DNA of 40,286 nucleotides from an uncultured Syntrophales bacterium (GCA_964411235.1 CAYPKE010000002.1:1-40286); one strand, 5' to 3'. Counted from the stretch's first letter, positions 26,756 to 35,369 are shown. Numbers and translations: made by a program. The notes: generated from the sequence alone by a model not told the origin.

Positions 26756-27721
26756 TCAGGAAACGATCCGGCCATTATCGTTATCAAAATCGACCCCTGC
26801 CTCGGCACACCGCAACTTATCGTAATCGATGAGCTCTTCGGTCGCCACATCATGCAAAGAAAGCCATTCCCGTGCGGGAACCATGCGATGAAGACGACTG
26901 ACGCCGATGACCCCCAGGCAATAACGGCAGGCTTTGAGGGGACGATCCCCCTCGAGATAGCGGACCAATTCTTTTTTCAATGAGGAGCCTGGATGAATGC
27001 GGATGCCGTCCTCCCCCATTGCGGTACGCTGCGAAAAAGGCGCTTTGGCCATGGCAACGGCCTCAGGACATTTATAAAAATAGCCGGCGTGCGCTGCGTG
27101 GCAATCCCACTGATGGGCGATTTTGCAGGTACGGTAGATGCTGGCGACCAGGCTGTCATCCGCGGTTCCCTTCAAAGCGAAGGCAGCGCGGAAATGCTCA
27201 TAATGTTTCCTTCGCAGTTCAACCTTGCCCGCATCGCACACGGCCCGGACACGCGAGAACACCTCTCCATCGGAAGGTGAATCGGGATAGACGGATATCT
27301 CGATAATATCAAAGCTTTTCAGGATATCTTCCGGAACGTCGCCCAGGTTCCTGCCGTTCGTTAACAACATGAGCCGTTCCGCAACGCCGCTTCGGCGAGC
27401 AGCCCGGACCAGCGATATCAGGTCTGGATGCAGCAACGGTTCCCCGCCGACGATCTTGACGCAGTCCGCCCGGTAAATTCCGGCAAGCGTCGACAGGTCC
27501 TGATAAACCTGCCGGGGGTCTGCCCACGCCGGGGCCAGGCAGGGCGCCGCCTGATTGCAGTCAAGACAGGAGTTGTTGCAGTGATCGACGGCACTGATTT
27601 CACAGGTGGAGGAAGGCTGTATCTTTCCGAAGCGATAGCGGGACCCCGTGTTTCGGATCCGTCCGTCCCATAAATGACCAACCAGCATCATAAAACGCGA
27701 GATGGGGGACTTGTGCTGCAT
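26756..27721 (-). CDS. Radical SAM enzyme with a C-terminal auxiliary Cys cluster
   Basis: VDHCNNSCLDCNQ is a CxxxCxxC motif, followed by VGGEPLLHPD. The C-terminal cysteines (CKIAHQWDCH...YKCPE...CRYCLG) suggest a twitch/SPASM-like auxiliary cluster. Confidence 0.75.
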   Translation of the reverse strand: MQHKSPISRFMMLVGHLWDGRIRNTGSRYRFGKIQPSSTCEISAVDHCNNSCLDCNQAAPCLAPAWADPRQVYQDLSTLAGIYRADCVKIVGGEPLLHPDLISLVRAARRSGVAERLMLLTNGRNLGDVPEDILKSFDIIEISVYPDSPSDGEVFSRVRAVCDAGKVELRRKHYEHFRAAFALKGTADDSLVASIYRTCKIAHQWDCHAAHAGYFYKCPEAVAMAKAPFSQRTAMGEDGIRIHPGSSLKKELVRYLEGDRPLKACRYCLGVIGVSRLHRMVPAREWLSLHDVATEELIDYDKLRCAEAGVDFDNDNGRIVS

Positions 27722-27826
27722 CGCTTCGAATGATTATTCGCCGCTTCAAAACTGAGCCCAGCATACGAAGACCGGCTCCGTACCCTCCTATTTATGAAGG
27801 CCGGGCTCCCTGTTTGCGACGACCTT

Positions 27827-28120
27827 TCAGATATTTTTGATTTCCGACATCAGGCGGTCGAACTGCTCCACATCGACCACCGGCGAGGTGCTGAAGGAAA
27901 TGCCCGTCAGCATGTTCAAGGCGACCGATGCGGACAAGGCCTTGTCTGCATCCGGAAAATCAAGGGTAAAGACCAGATCGTGCTCCCCCAGTACGGCGTA
28001 CATGGAAACGACCTTGCCACCGTTTTTCTCGATGACCTTGACAGCCTTTTTCGTCCGTTCTTCGGACACACCCTGAAGCGATTCCTGGTTGTATTTGCCA
28101 AACAACATGAATATCGGCAT
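27827..28120 (-). CDS. GYD domain protein
   Basis: MPIFMLFGKYNQESLQGVSEERTKKA...GGKVVSMYAVLGEHDLVFTLDFPD matches the GYD family. AGGAGG precedes ATG 28120. Confidence 0.75.
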   Translation of the reverse strand: MPIFMLFGKYNQESLQGVSEERTKKAVKVIEKNGGKVVSMYAVLGEHDLVFTLDFPDADKALSASVALNMLTGISFSTSPVVDVEQFDRLMSEIKNI

Positions 28121-28206
28121 CCTTTCAAACCTCCTGGAAGTGTTCGGGCGGGACCGACCGGGTGCGGGAATCCCGATCATGACGTCCCGGTCCTTTTTCA
28201 AGATGA

Positions 28207-28677
28207 TCAGTAATTCTCGGCAGAAAATCTGGCACGCTTGGGATTGACAAGCCTTTCATAATCCTTGTAGGACATGCGGAAAAGTTCCGTATGGGATCCG
28301 GCATTGAAACAGATTTCTTCATCCTCGGCCAGACTCTTTTCCACGTACACCTCCATGCCGTAGAGATTCCCGAAGGGGGGCATGGCACCGATTTCGCATT
28401 CCGGAAAGAGATTTTTGAATTCATCTTCCTCGGCCAGATGAACGTTTTCCCTGGCAACAACGGCTTTCAGGAGTTCGAAGTCCACGCGTTCCGTTGCCGG
28501 CAGCACGACCATGGCCATCTTGCCGTCAATTTTAATCATGACGGTTTTGGCCAGTTCCTTTCCGGGCAGATGGGCGGACTCGGCGATTTCCTGCGCCGTG
28601 TATGCCTTGGAATGCCTGATACTGACGTATTTCACGTCATTGTGATCCAGAAAATCTATCAGTCTTTTCAGTGGCAT
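28207..28677 (-). CDS. YbaK/EbsC-type aminoacyl-tRNA editing (deacylase) domain protein
   Basis: AKTVMIKIDGKMAMVVLPATERVDF..L and IGAMPPFGNLYG...ICFNAGSH are typical of the YbaK/ProX domain. AAGGAGG precedes the ATG. Confidence 0.8.
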   Translation of the reverse strand: MPLKRLIDFLDHNDVKYVSIRHSKAYTAQEIAESAHLPGKELAKTVMIKIDGKMAMVVLPATERVDFELLKAVVARENVHLAEEDEFKNLFPECEIGAMPPFGNLYGMEVYVEKSLAEDEEICFNAGSHTELFRMSYKDYERLVNPKRARFSAENY

Positions 28678-29110
28678 ACAGACCTCCTTTCCAGGATCGC
28701 CATTCCGGACTAATGGATAAACCTGTTGACCGAACCCGGATCATCAGGACGGAAGACCATCCGGCCGTGACCCGGAAGATTCACGCGGAGCGACCCGATT
28801 CCATGTGCCGAGGAATGTCGCCTGCAGCGAATTGGCCCGTCCCGCAAATCCGGTTCATTCACTTTCCGGCAGCCACTCATGGCAACACAGCCCAATCGCT
28901 CCTGGAAAACACTGGAAAAGAACATAAACAGCCCGCTTCGCAACTCAACCATATCATGTTGATTTCATGTTAAATAAACACCATGGGCGATGTCAATCAA
29001 TATTTGGAAGAGGTCCGATCGAAAAAAGAATACACGGAAGGAATGCCTGATGCCAGGAGATCGCCCTTGACAAGGCGGACGAGAAGGATGCATTCCGGCA
29101 ATGGAGGTGT

Positions 29111-29758
29111 TCAAGTATCCCTGGTTGAAACCAGGGCGTCTATCTGTTTCATCAGTTCACCCACACGACTGATTCCCCTGAGTATCTGGCAGATGCAATG
29201 CCGGCCCGGATCTTCCTTAACCGGCAAATCTCCGAGGGCCAGCTCCGCATAGCCCGTAACGGCTCCCAGCAGGTTATTTGCGTCATGAATCATCTTGCGC
29301 AGTTTTTTTTCGACATCCGGGTCTTTTGTTTGCTCCCGAGTTCTCCCGGCAGGAAACGCTCCCTCTTGGGTATCCTCGAATACAAAGAGGCAATCGCGTT
29401 CCTCCAGGAGAGTAAGGCGGATGGTCATCCCCGACCGGCCGCCGTTTCCGGCACAAAATGACACCTGCTCCTCGTGGGTCTCGCCCGGTTCACCGGTTTT
29501 GCGAAAATGATCGATGCGGCCGATCTTCTCCCCAAGTTCAGGGTCTACGGAAGGTCTCCCGCCTCCCCTTTCGACAAGGAAGGCCTTGAGGTCGCTCCAG
29601 TGATGCATATCGCCAACGAACCGTTTTTTCAATGACCGATTCATGTAATTCACGGCCCCCTGGGCATCCAGCACCATCACTCCTCCGGGGAGACGATCGG
29701 CAAGCAGTTTCAAAAGGCTTAGCGGCGTCTGCGCTGCCATGGCACGCGTTGCTTTCAT
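29111..29758 (-). CDS. PAS-like + HisKA (DHp) domain protein lacking an ATPase domain
   Basis: The H-box region KMIHDANNLLGAVTGYAELAL lies near the C-terminus and the ORF stops about 40 aa later, with no HATPase_c N/G boxes. It is the last gene after cheW-mcp. Confidence 0.55.
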   Translation of the reverse strand: MKATRAMAAQTPLSLLKLLADRLPGGVMVLDAQGAVNYMNRSLKKRFVGDMHHWSDLKAFLVERGGGRPSVDPELGEKIGRIDHFRKTGEPGETHEEQVSFCAGNGGRSGMTIRLTLLEERDCLFVFEDTQEGAFPAGRTREQTKDPDVEKKLRKMIHDANNLLGAVTGYAELALGDLPVKEDPGRHCICQILRGISRVGELMKQIDALVSTRDT

Positions 29759-29849
29759 GCGGAAACCTTTATCGGGAAACGGATGCGATAAAGAGGCAGG
29801 GGGAAAGCTCCCCGAAATCGCTTCCCCCTGCTTTCACAAAACGATCTGC

Positions 29850-31463
29850 TTAGAAATCCTTGAAATCCTCTTCCAGGGGAATGACCTGGTCGGGACGGAC
29901 TTCCTTGCCCTTGTGGGCCGAAAGGGCCATCATCCTTTCCGGCTTGGCCTTCGCGGGAACCAGCGCCTGATGGGACCTCCCGGATTTCTTGAGCGGCATT
30001 ACCGACCGGCGCCTTCCAGCCAGCCCGTCAGACTGTCCGCCGATCACCGCCATCAGATCACCCACGTAAACCTTCATCTGCTCGGCCTGGGCGTTCATCT
30101 CCTCGGAGGCGCTGGCCGATTCCTCGGCGTTGGCGGCATTCTGCTGCGTCACCTTGTCCATCTCCGTCACGGCAATGTTGATCTGGCCGATCCCGTGCGC
30201 CTGCTCCTGAGAAGCCGCGGCAATCTCCGCCGCCAGCTCCGTCACCTTCCTGGCAATCTGCGCGTTCTTGTCCATCGACTCGTTCACCTGGTCAAAGGTC
30301 GACGTCGCCTCCTTGATCCGTCCCGTCGAATTCGAAATCAGATCCTGCGTGTTCTTCGCCGCCTCCGTGGCCCGCATCGCCAGGTTCCTCACCTCGTCCG
30401 CCACCACGGCAAACCCCGCCCCGGCCTCTCCGGCACGGGCCGCCTCCACCGCCGCGTTCAGCGCCAGCAGGTTGGTCTGGAAGGCGATCTCGTCGATGGT
30501 CTTGATCACCTTCGCCGTATCCTCGCTGGCCTTCACCGACGCCTGCATCGCCTTTTCCATCGTCCCCATCCGCTCCATGATCAACTGGAAATTCGGAGCC
30601 GCCTCCTTGGACATCATGTCATTCGCAAGCTGCGCGTTATCCGCGTTCTGACGCGTCATGGACGAAAGCTCCTCCAGGGAGGACGACGTCTCCTCCAGCG
30701 AAGCCGCCGATTCCGAGGTCGATTCCGCCAACTGCTGGCTGGACGAAGAAACCTGGTTCGAAGCCGCCGCAATCTGCTCCGCACCGTCTCCCAAACCGAC
30801 TATCACTCGGTTGAGAGGCCTGGTGATTGCCCGCGTCAGGCCGAAGCCAAGGCCGACGGCCAGGAGCACCCCGAGAATCGTCATGATGGACATGATCCAG
30901 GTCGCCCGGCTCGCCATGGCCATATTTCCGGACGCGGCTTTTCCCGCAAGATCATCATTGAGATCAATCAGCTTATCCAGATCAGCCGTCAGCTTGATGC
31001 CGAGGGCTTTCCCCTCTTCAAGCCAATGCATTGCCTCTTCCTGATTGCCGGCAACCGCCGATTGGATCAGCTTGTCACGAAATCCCAGGTAAGCACCCAA
31101 ATCTGTTTTGTAGCTATCGTATAATTTTCGTTGCTCCGGATCAGTAATCAGCTTATCAACCTTGGCAACCAACTCCAGACCACCGTCATCACGCTTTTTC
31201 AAGTCGGCCGCCACACCCGAAACATCGTTACCTAGGGAAAACTTATTGAAAAGCGAATAAACAACGGCGATTCGCATATCCAGAAAGTCCTGGCTGAGCT
31301 GCGCCACGGTACTCATCAACTCCACATTTTCCTCATCCATTTTCTGGCTGGCCTTGCTGATGGAATTCAACTGACTCATACCGACCACGCCGATCAAGAG
31401 GGCGATAACGGCCACCATCAGAAAAGCTCCGATTAATTTTATTCCCAAACTCATATTTCTCAT
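29850..31463 (-). CDS. Methyl-accepting chemotaxis protein
   Basis: An N-terminal TM and 4HB-like sensor, a second TM, HAMP, and the highly conserved signalling hairpin [38 protein letters not shown] are present. AGGAGG precedes the ATG. Confidence 0.9.
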   Translation of the reverse strand: MRNMSLGIKLIGAFLMVAVIALLIGVVGMSQLNSISKASQKMDEENVELMSTVAQLSQDFLDMRIAVVYSLFNKFSLGNDVSGVAADLKKRDDGGLELVAKVDKLITDPEQRKLYDSYKTDLGAYLGFRDKLIQSAVAGNQEEAMHWLEEGKALGIKLTADLDKLIDLNDDLAGKAASGNMAMASRATWIMSIMTILGVLLAVGLGFGLTRAITRPLNRVIVGLGDGAEQIAAASNQVSSSSQQLAESTSESAASLEETSSSLEELSSMTRQNADNAQLANDMMSKEAAPNFQLIMERMGTMEKAMQASVKASEDTAKVIKTIDEIAFQTNLLALNAAVEAARAGEAGAGFAVVADEVRNLAMRATEAAKNTQDLISNSTGRIKEATSTFDQVNESMDKNAQIARKVTELAAEIAAASQEQAHGIGQINIAVTEMDKVTQQNAANAEESASASEEMNAQAEQMKVYVGDLMAVIGGQSDGLAGRRRSVMPLKKSGRSHQALVPAKAKPERMMALSAHKGKEVRPDQVIPLEEDFKDF

Positions 31464-31526
31464 TGTTTCCTCCTGTACCTTGCCTTTCTTTTCTTTTCAG
31501 TTTTTGATGCCTTTGTTTGCGCTTGA

Positions 31527-32045
31527 TTAAAAGGCTTCCGCCAACGCAGACACTTCGCCTTTCGTAAGCACCTTGTCGATATCCAGCAGGATTTTTACGT
31601 TTCCTCCTGTTTTGGCCATTCCCATAATGTAGTCCGTATCGAGACGGCTGCCGAAATGGGGCGTGTCTTCGATTTCGGCCTCCCGGATCATCAATACCTC
31701 CGAGACGGAATCAACGACAATGCCCATCATCAATGTTTTGGCCGCCTGGATTTCGACAACAATGATGCAGGTGCGATCCGTGTAATCCATCGGCTCCAGG
31801 TTGAATTTCAGCCGCAGATCCGTTACGGGAATCACCTTGCCCCGCAGGTTGATTACCCCTTTCACCCACGACGGGGTCTGCGGCACCGTGGTAATGGTCA
31901 TCATCCCGATGATCTCCTTGACTTTGAGAATCACGACACCGTAATCCTCTCCGGCCAGGGTGAAGGTCAGGTATTTCCCTTCTCGATCGGCGCTTTTTCC
32001 CGGACTGGCCGCCGTCGTGTCCTCCCGATACCCTGTCATATCCAT
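31527..32045 (-). CDS. cheW: Chemotaxis coupling protein CheW
   Basis: YLTFTLAGEDYGV, GVINLRGKVIPVTDLR and GIVVDSVSEVL are CheW-domain motifs. Confidence 0.9.
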   Translation of the reverse strand: MDMTGYREDTTAASPGKSADREGKYLTFTLAGEDYGVVILKVKEIIGMMTITTVPQTPSWVKGVINLRGKVIPVTDLRLKFNLEPMDYTDRTCIIVVEIQAAKTLMMGIVVDSVSEVLMIREAEIEDTPHFGSRLDTDYIMGMAKTGGNVKILLDIDKVLTKGEVSALAEAF

Positions 32046-32166
32046 CCTCCTTTCACGATAAGCTTATCGAGGCCCGTTATGCAGGCCTTCATGACCGCCA
32101 CTGCGACAACAACGCCGGGCCGTTTTTTTTGCGCGACGCCCCTGCGGCGTGTGTCCTCTGGGATAT

Positions 32167-32182
32167 GACAAAAAGGATGCCA
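32167..32182 (-). promoter_or_regulatory. Possible sigma-54 (-24/-12) promoter upstream of cheW
   Basis: The minus strand reads TGGCAT-ccttt-TTGTC. The spacing matches TGGCAC-N5-TTGC, but the -12 C is replaced by T. It lies about 120 nt upstream of the cheW ATG and next to a sigma-54 activator gene. Confidence 0.25.
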
Positions 32183-32408
32183 AAGCGAAAAAGAAGAGGG
32201 TTAAATTGTGATTGTGGTGTAAAAACAGGTCATTACGTTTATTTACGCTGGAATGAATCGCGACAAACAAACTAAAACCTCAGGCGGAGGGAGGAATCCC
32301 GTCTTCCCCAAGGGTCCGGGAACGCAAGGCAATAACGATATTGTTTATGATAATGAATGATTAAGGTGATTCTTGTCCGGCGAGACCCGTCTTGCCGGAC
32401 AAGACAAG

Positions 32409-33806
32409 TCAGGCCGGGCGAATCTTGACCTCCGGATATTTCTTCAGCAGACTGTACAGCCGGGGACGCGACAACCCTGATACTGTACAGGCATTGCGGA
32501 TGTCGCCGTCGGTCGCCGTCATCAGCTCCAGCAGGTAATTTCGCTCCACTACGGTCAGCGCCGTTTCACGCCTCTCTTTGAGAGTTTGTGACGGTGGCGG
32601 TGCCGTTTCGGATTCAATCTTACCCCCGCGGACGGATTTCCGCACAAGGGCAATTCGGACATGGGGTGGCAGATGCTTTGAGAAAAGGATAGGTTCATCG
32701 CCGCTGACGGTGAGGGCGCTGTCGAGGGTGTGGATCAATTCCCGGACATTGCCCGGCCAGCCGTAGTCCCCCAAGGCCTCCAGGAAGTCCGTCGAGATGC
32801 CCTTCAGCGGCGTGCCGTCACGTTTGCCGATCTTGCTCATGTGGGATAAAACCAGGTCGGCAATGTCCTCCGGGTGCTCGCGCAGCGGCGGAAGTTCAAC
32901 AACCAGGCCACGGATCCGGTAAAAAAGGTCGCTCCGAAACTGCCCGGCTTCCACCATGGCCGCCAGATTGCGGTTGGTTGCCGCTATCATCCGGAAGTTG
33001 CTGGCTATTTCCTTTCTGCCGCCCACTGGACGAAAACGCCTCTCCTGCAAAACCCGCAACAATTCCTTCTGGATCGACAGGGGCAACTCCCCCACTTCGT
33101 CCAGGAAGAGGGTCCCTCCGTCCGCCTGCCGGATCAGGCCCTCTCTTCTGGCATCGGCGCCGGTAAACGAACCCTTTTCATGGCCGAAAAGCACGCTTTC
33201 CACCAGCGTCTGGGGCAGGGCGGCGCAATCGATCGTCACCATCTCACCGCCGCGCCGCGCGCTGTTGGCGTGCACAGCCCGGGCGAACAGCTCTTTCCCC
33301 GTGCCCGTTTCCCCCGTGATCAGGACGTTCACCTCGCTGGTCGCCGCCTGGGCGATACGTTCGAGACAGGCAAGCATCCGGGGACCCTTGCCGATGATTT
33401 CTTCCCGGTTCAGGATGACATGGCCGGTTTTCTCCGCTTTGGCTTTCCGGTATTCCAGGGCGCGGAGCAAAGGCAGTTTCAGACGGCTGAGGGAAGAAGC
33501 CTTTTCGATATAATCCCAGGCGCCGCTTTTGATGGCCAGTTCGGCGCCGTCGGGATCTCCGTAACCGGTAATGATGATCACTTCCGGAGATGACGGGGCA
33601 TTCTTAATGCGGCCCAGAAATTCGAGGCCGTTGCCGTCGGGCATATGAACATCCAGCAGCACCACATCAAACGGTTTGCGGGCAAGCTCCCGATCCGCAT
33701 CCTTCAGGGTGGACGCCGACGATGCCTCGCAATCCATGCGCTTCACGAGGTCACACAGCATCTCCGCCATCAGCGGCTCGTCATCGATGATCAATATATG
33801 CGGCAT
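32409..33806 (-). CDS. Sigma-54-dependent response regulator (NtrC family: REC + AAA+ + Fis-type HTH)
   Basis: ILIIDDEP...VLLDVHMPDGNG is the REC domain. GETGTGKELFARAVH is the Walker A, followed by GSFTGA (GAFTGA variant) and ELPLSIQKELLRVLQE. The C-terminal HTH is NACTVSGLSRPRLYSLLKK. The start is at Met 33806. Confidence 0.9.
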   Translation of the reverse strand: MPHILIIDDEPLMAEMLCDLVKRMDCEASSASTLKDADRELARKPFDVVLLDVHMPDGNGLEFLGRIKNAPSSPEVIIITGYGDPDGAELAIKSGAWDYIEKASSLSRLKLPLLRALEYRKAKAEKTGHVILNREEIIGKGPRMLACLERIAQAATSEVNVLITGETGTGKELFARAVHANSARRGGEMVTIDCAALPQTLVESVLFGHEKGSFTGADARREGLIRQADGGTLFLDEVGELPLSIQKELLRVLQERRFRPVGGRKEIASNFRMIAATNRNLAAMVEAGQFRSDLFYRIRGLVVELPPLREHPEDIADLVLSHMSKIGKRDGTPLKGISTDFLEALGDYGWPGNVRELIHTLDSALTVSGDEPILFSKHLPPHVRIALVRKSVRGGKIESETAPPPSQTLKERRETALTVVERNYLLELMTATDGDIRNACTVSGLSRPRLYSLLKKYPEVKIRPA

Positions 33807-33902
33807 TTTTTCTGTAATTCGGGATGACCGGGATCCTTTCCAACGTATTTTCGTGTAAAAATACCACAGACGTCCAAACGCGGCAAGGCCGCCGGCCGCA
33901 GG

Positions 33903-33990
33903 GTGTCGCAATATCACTCGGAGATGCCGGCCGAAGCATCTGTGCTTTTCAACACGCAGAAATAAAGGATTTACTTCGTTCAGCGTGACC
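33903..33990. repeat. Copy A of the ~85-nt inverted-repeat element
   Basis: The first 41 nt match copy B (40004-) at 33 of 41 positions. The right arm gatt..acttcgttcag..tgacc is shared. The arms are mutually complementary. The location is intergenic. Confidence 0.5.
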
Positions 33991-34035
33991 CCGAAGGGAA
34001 TTAGCGTATCAGGATACTCTCACCCGGACGCCCCG

Positions 34036-34692
34036 TCATGGCGTCGGATCCGGGCGTCCCGATGGGCCTTGGGCCGTCGGGAAGACCCCCCTTTCCCCCC
34101 GCATGGCCCCCGCCGGATAGGGCTGCAGCAAGGACCGCAGTCTATCTGCGTCGGCCAGCGAGGGCTCCAGCCACGCTGCGGCATCCTCCCCGCATACAAT
34201 GGCGGGCATGCGGTCATGAACCGGACGGATCAGCTCATTCGGCGCCGTCGTGATGACGACACCGGCACGGACCGGCCGGCCGTCACGTCCCGGGCTTTCA
34301 TCATACAGGCCTGCCAAACCGAAGGGCGCGCCGGAAGCGAGCCGAAAGAAGTGGGGGATGCTCTTTTTCGGCGACTTCTCCCATTCATAAAATCCATCGG
34401 CGACGATCAGGCAGCGGCGGCGACGGAACGCCTCGCGGAAGCTCGGTTTTTCCGACAGGGTTTCCGCCCGGGCATTGACGATCGGCCTGGCCGCCGCGTT
34501 TTTCCTTACCCATGACGGCACCAGCCCCCAGCGGAGCGGCACCAGGAGATTTCCCTCCTCCCGGATCACGGCGAAGACATCACGTCCGGGATAGGCGTCC
34601 GGAAGCGGCAGGTAGTCGACGAGAACCTTCTCCACCTGAAACGTTTCAACCACATGGCTCAAATCAGTCAGAAGAACAATCCGGCCGCACAT
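34036..34692 (-). CDS. yedK: SOS response-associated peptidase (SRAP/YedK; abasic-site DNA-protein crosslink protein)
   Basis: It starts MCGR (catalytic Cys2) and contains RWGLVPSW, NARAETL, RRCLIVADGFYEW and HDRMP. GAGGAAA precedes ATG 34692. Confidence 0.85.
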   Translation of the reverse strand: MCGRIVLLTDLSHVVETFQVEKVLVDYLPLPDAYPGRDVFAVIREEGNLLVPLRWGLVPSWVRKNAAARPIVNARAETLSEKPSFREAFRRRRCLIVADGFYEWEKSPKKSIPHFFRLASGAPFGLAGLYDESPGRDGRPVRAGVVITTAPNELIRPVHDRMPAIVCGEDAAAWLEPSLADADRLRSLLQPYPAGAMRGERGVFPTAQGPSGRPDPTP

Positions 34693-34703
34693 CGCCGTTT
34701 CCT

Positions 34704-35033
34704 CTAACGCACCTCGATCAGAATGTTCCGGAGCATTTCCCAGGCCCGATCCAGCTTCTCCTGCTCCTCCTGATCGATGGCGGTGCCCCCGGGACGTCCC
34801 GTCGAATAAATCACGACCGGCTTCCCGTCGGCATCCCTGATTTCCTTCGTCCCCAGTGTTGCATAAGGATCCTGGTTCGCCGCCATTTCCTGTTCGATCA
34901 TCAGGCGGATCGTCCGGTCTTCCACTCCCGCCTTCTTCAACTGCATAACCTGCTCCGGGGTCAGGGCCCGGGCCGAAAACGGGAAAAGGGCCAGAAGACA
35001 CCCCGCCGTCAGAAAAAGAATTTTGCCAATCAT
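34704..35033 (-). CDS. Small secreted hypothetical protein
   Basis: N-terminal signal peptide MIGKILFLTAGCLLALFPFSARA. No recognised domain was seen. Confidence 0.5.
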   Translation of the reverse strand: MIGKILFLTAGCLLALFPFSARALTPEQVMQLKKAGVEDRTIRLMIEQEMAANQDPYATLGTKEIRDADGKPVVIYSTGRPGGTAIDQEEQEKLDRAWEMLRNILIEVR

Positions 35034-35076
35034 CAGCTCCTCCTGATGCCGTTAATGCCCGTTAGGGGATGCCGCG

Positions 35077-35341
35077 GCTACCCTTCCCCGGCGTCGAGAA
35101 CCTCCCGGATAACCTGTGACAACCGGTCGATCTGAAAGGGCTTCTGGATGAAGACCTTGACCCCCCTTCCGAGGATTTTCTTGGCCTCGCCGGGTCAGAA
35201 GCATGACGGCCCTGCCTCCGGCGAAGCAAGGAAAACGCGCCTCTGCGGCCCCGGTATCGACGCCGCATCCGCCGCCGCCCATACCGTCCCTGAGGCGTCT
35301 CAACCATACATTATTTTCGGCAATAAAACTACAATCATCGA
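35077..35341 (-). pseudogene. Possible decayed response-regulator receiver (REC) gene remnant with a frameshift
   Basis: One frame reads ..VDD......DGMGG....VMLLT and stops making sense. The +1 frame continues GEAKKILGRGVKVFIQKPFQIDRLSQVIREVLDAGEG*. The frames join at the CCCGG run at 35189-35193. There is no proper N-terminus or RBS. Confidence 0.4.
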
Positions 35342-35369
35342 CACTTAGGCATGTCCGGCCAGTGTTGGT

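Noticed and set aside
26609-26758. In-frame continuation after the radical SAM TGA stop encodes a Cys-rich stretch (..VFCFVDKCRCIIYE..), raising the idea of selenocysteine or stop-codon read-through
   Set aside because: No SECIS-like hairpin lies directly downstream of the TGA. That frame has no start codon of its own. Cys richness alone is weak evidence.
17806-27721. Interpretation of the cassette as a lasso-peptide cluster
   Set aside because: No Asn-synthetase-like cyclase, no transglutaminase-like B2 protease, and no precursor with a Gly/Ala/Ser/Cys-1 and Asp/Glu-7..9 core could be found in the window. Only the accessory genes resemble lasso clusters.
29850-29885. MCP C-terminal tail ...[10 protein letters not shown] as a CheR/CheB-tethering pentapeptide
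   Set aside because: It lacks the conserved Trp of the xWxxF motif. It is suggestive only and cannot be evaluated without homologue alignment.
29739-31124. 461-aa plus-strand ORF (Arg/Leu/Gly-rich)
   Set aside because: It is entirely antisense to the well-supported MCP gene and has low-complexity composition. This is a typical shadow ORF of a GC-rich gene.
32057-32068. 12-bp perfect palindrome GATAAGCTTATC in the cheW 5' UTR, and a weak CTCGATAA resemblance to a sigma-28 -10 box
   Set aside because: There is no matching TAAA -35 element at the right distance. A single short palindrome could be chance.
32372-32403. Perfect 10-bp hairpin (cttgtccggc/gccggacaag) just after the stop codon of the sigma-54 activator gene, considered as a terminator
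   Set aside because: No U-tract follows on the transcribed (minus) strand. It may still be a Rho-independent-like stop or a stabilising stem, but the evidence is insufficient to call it.
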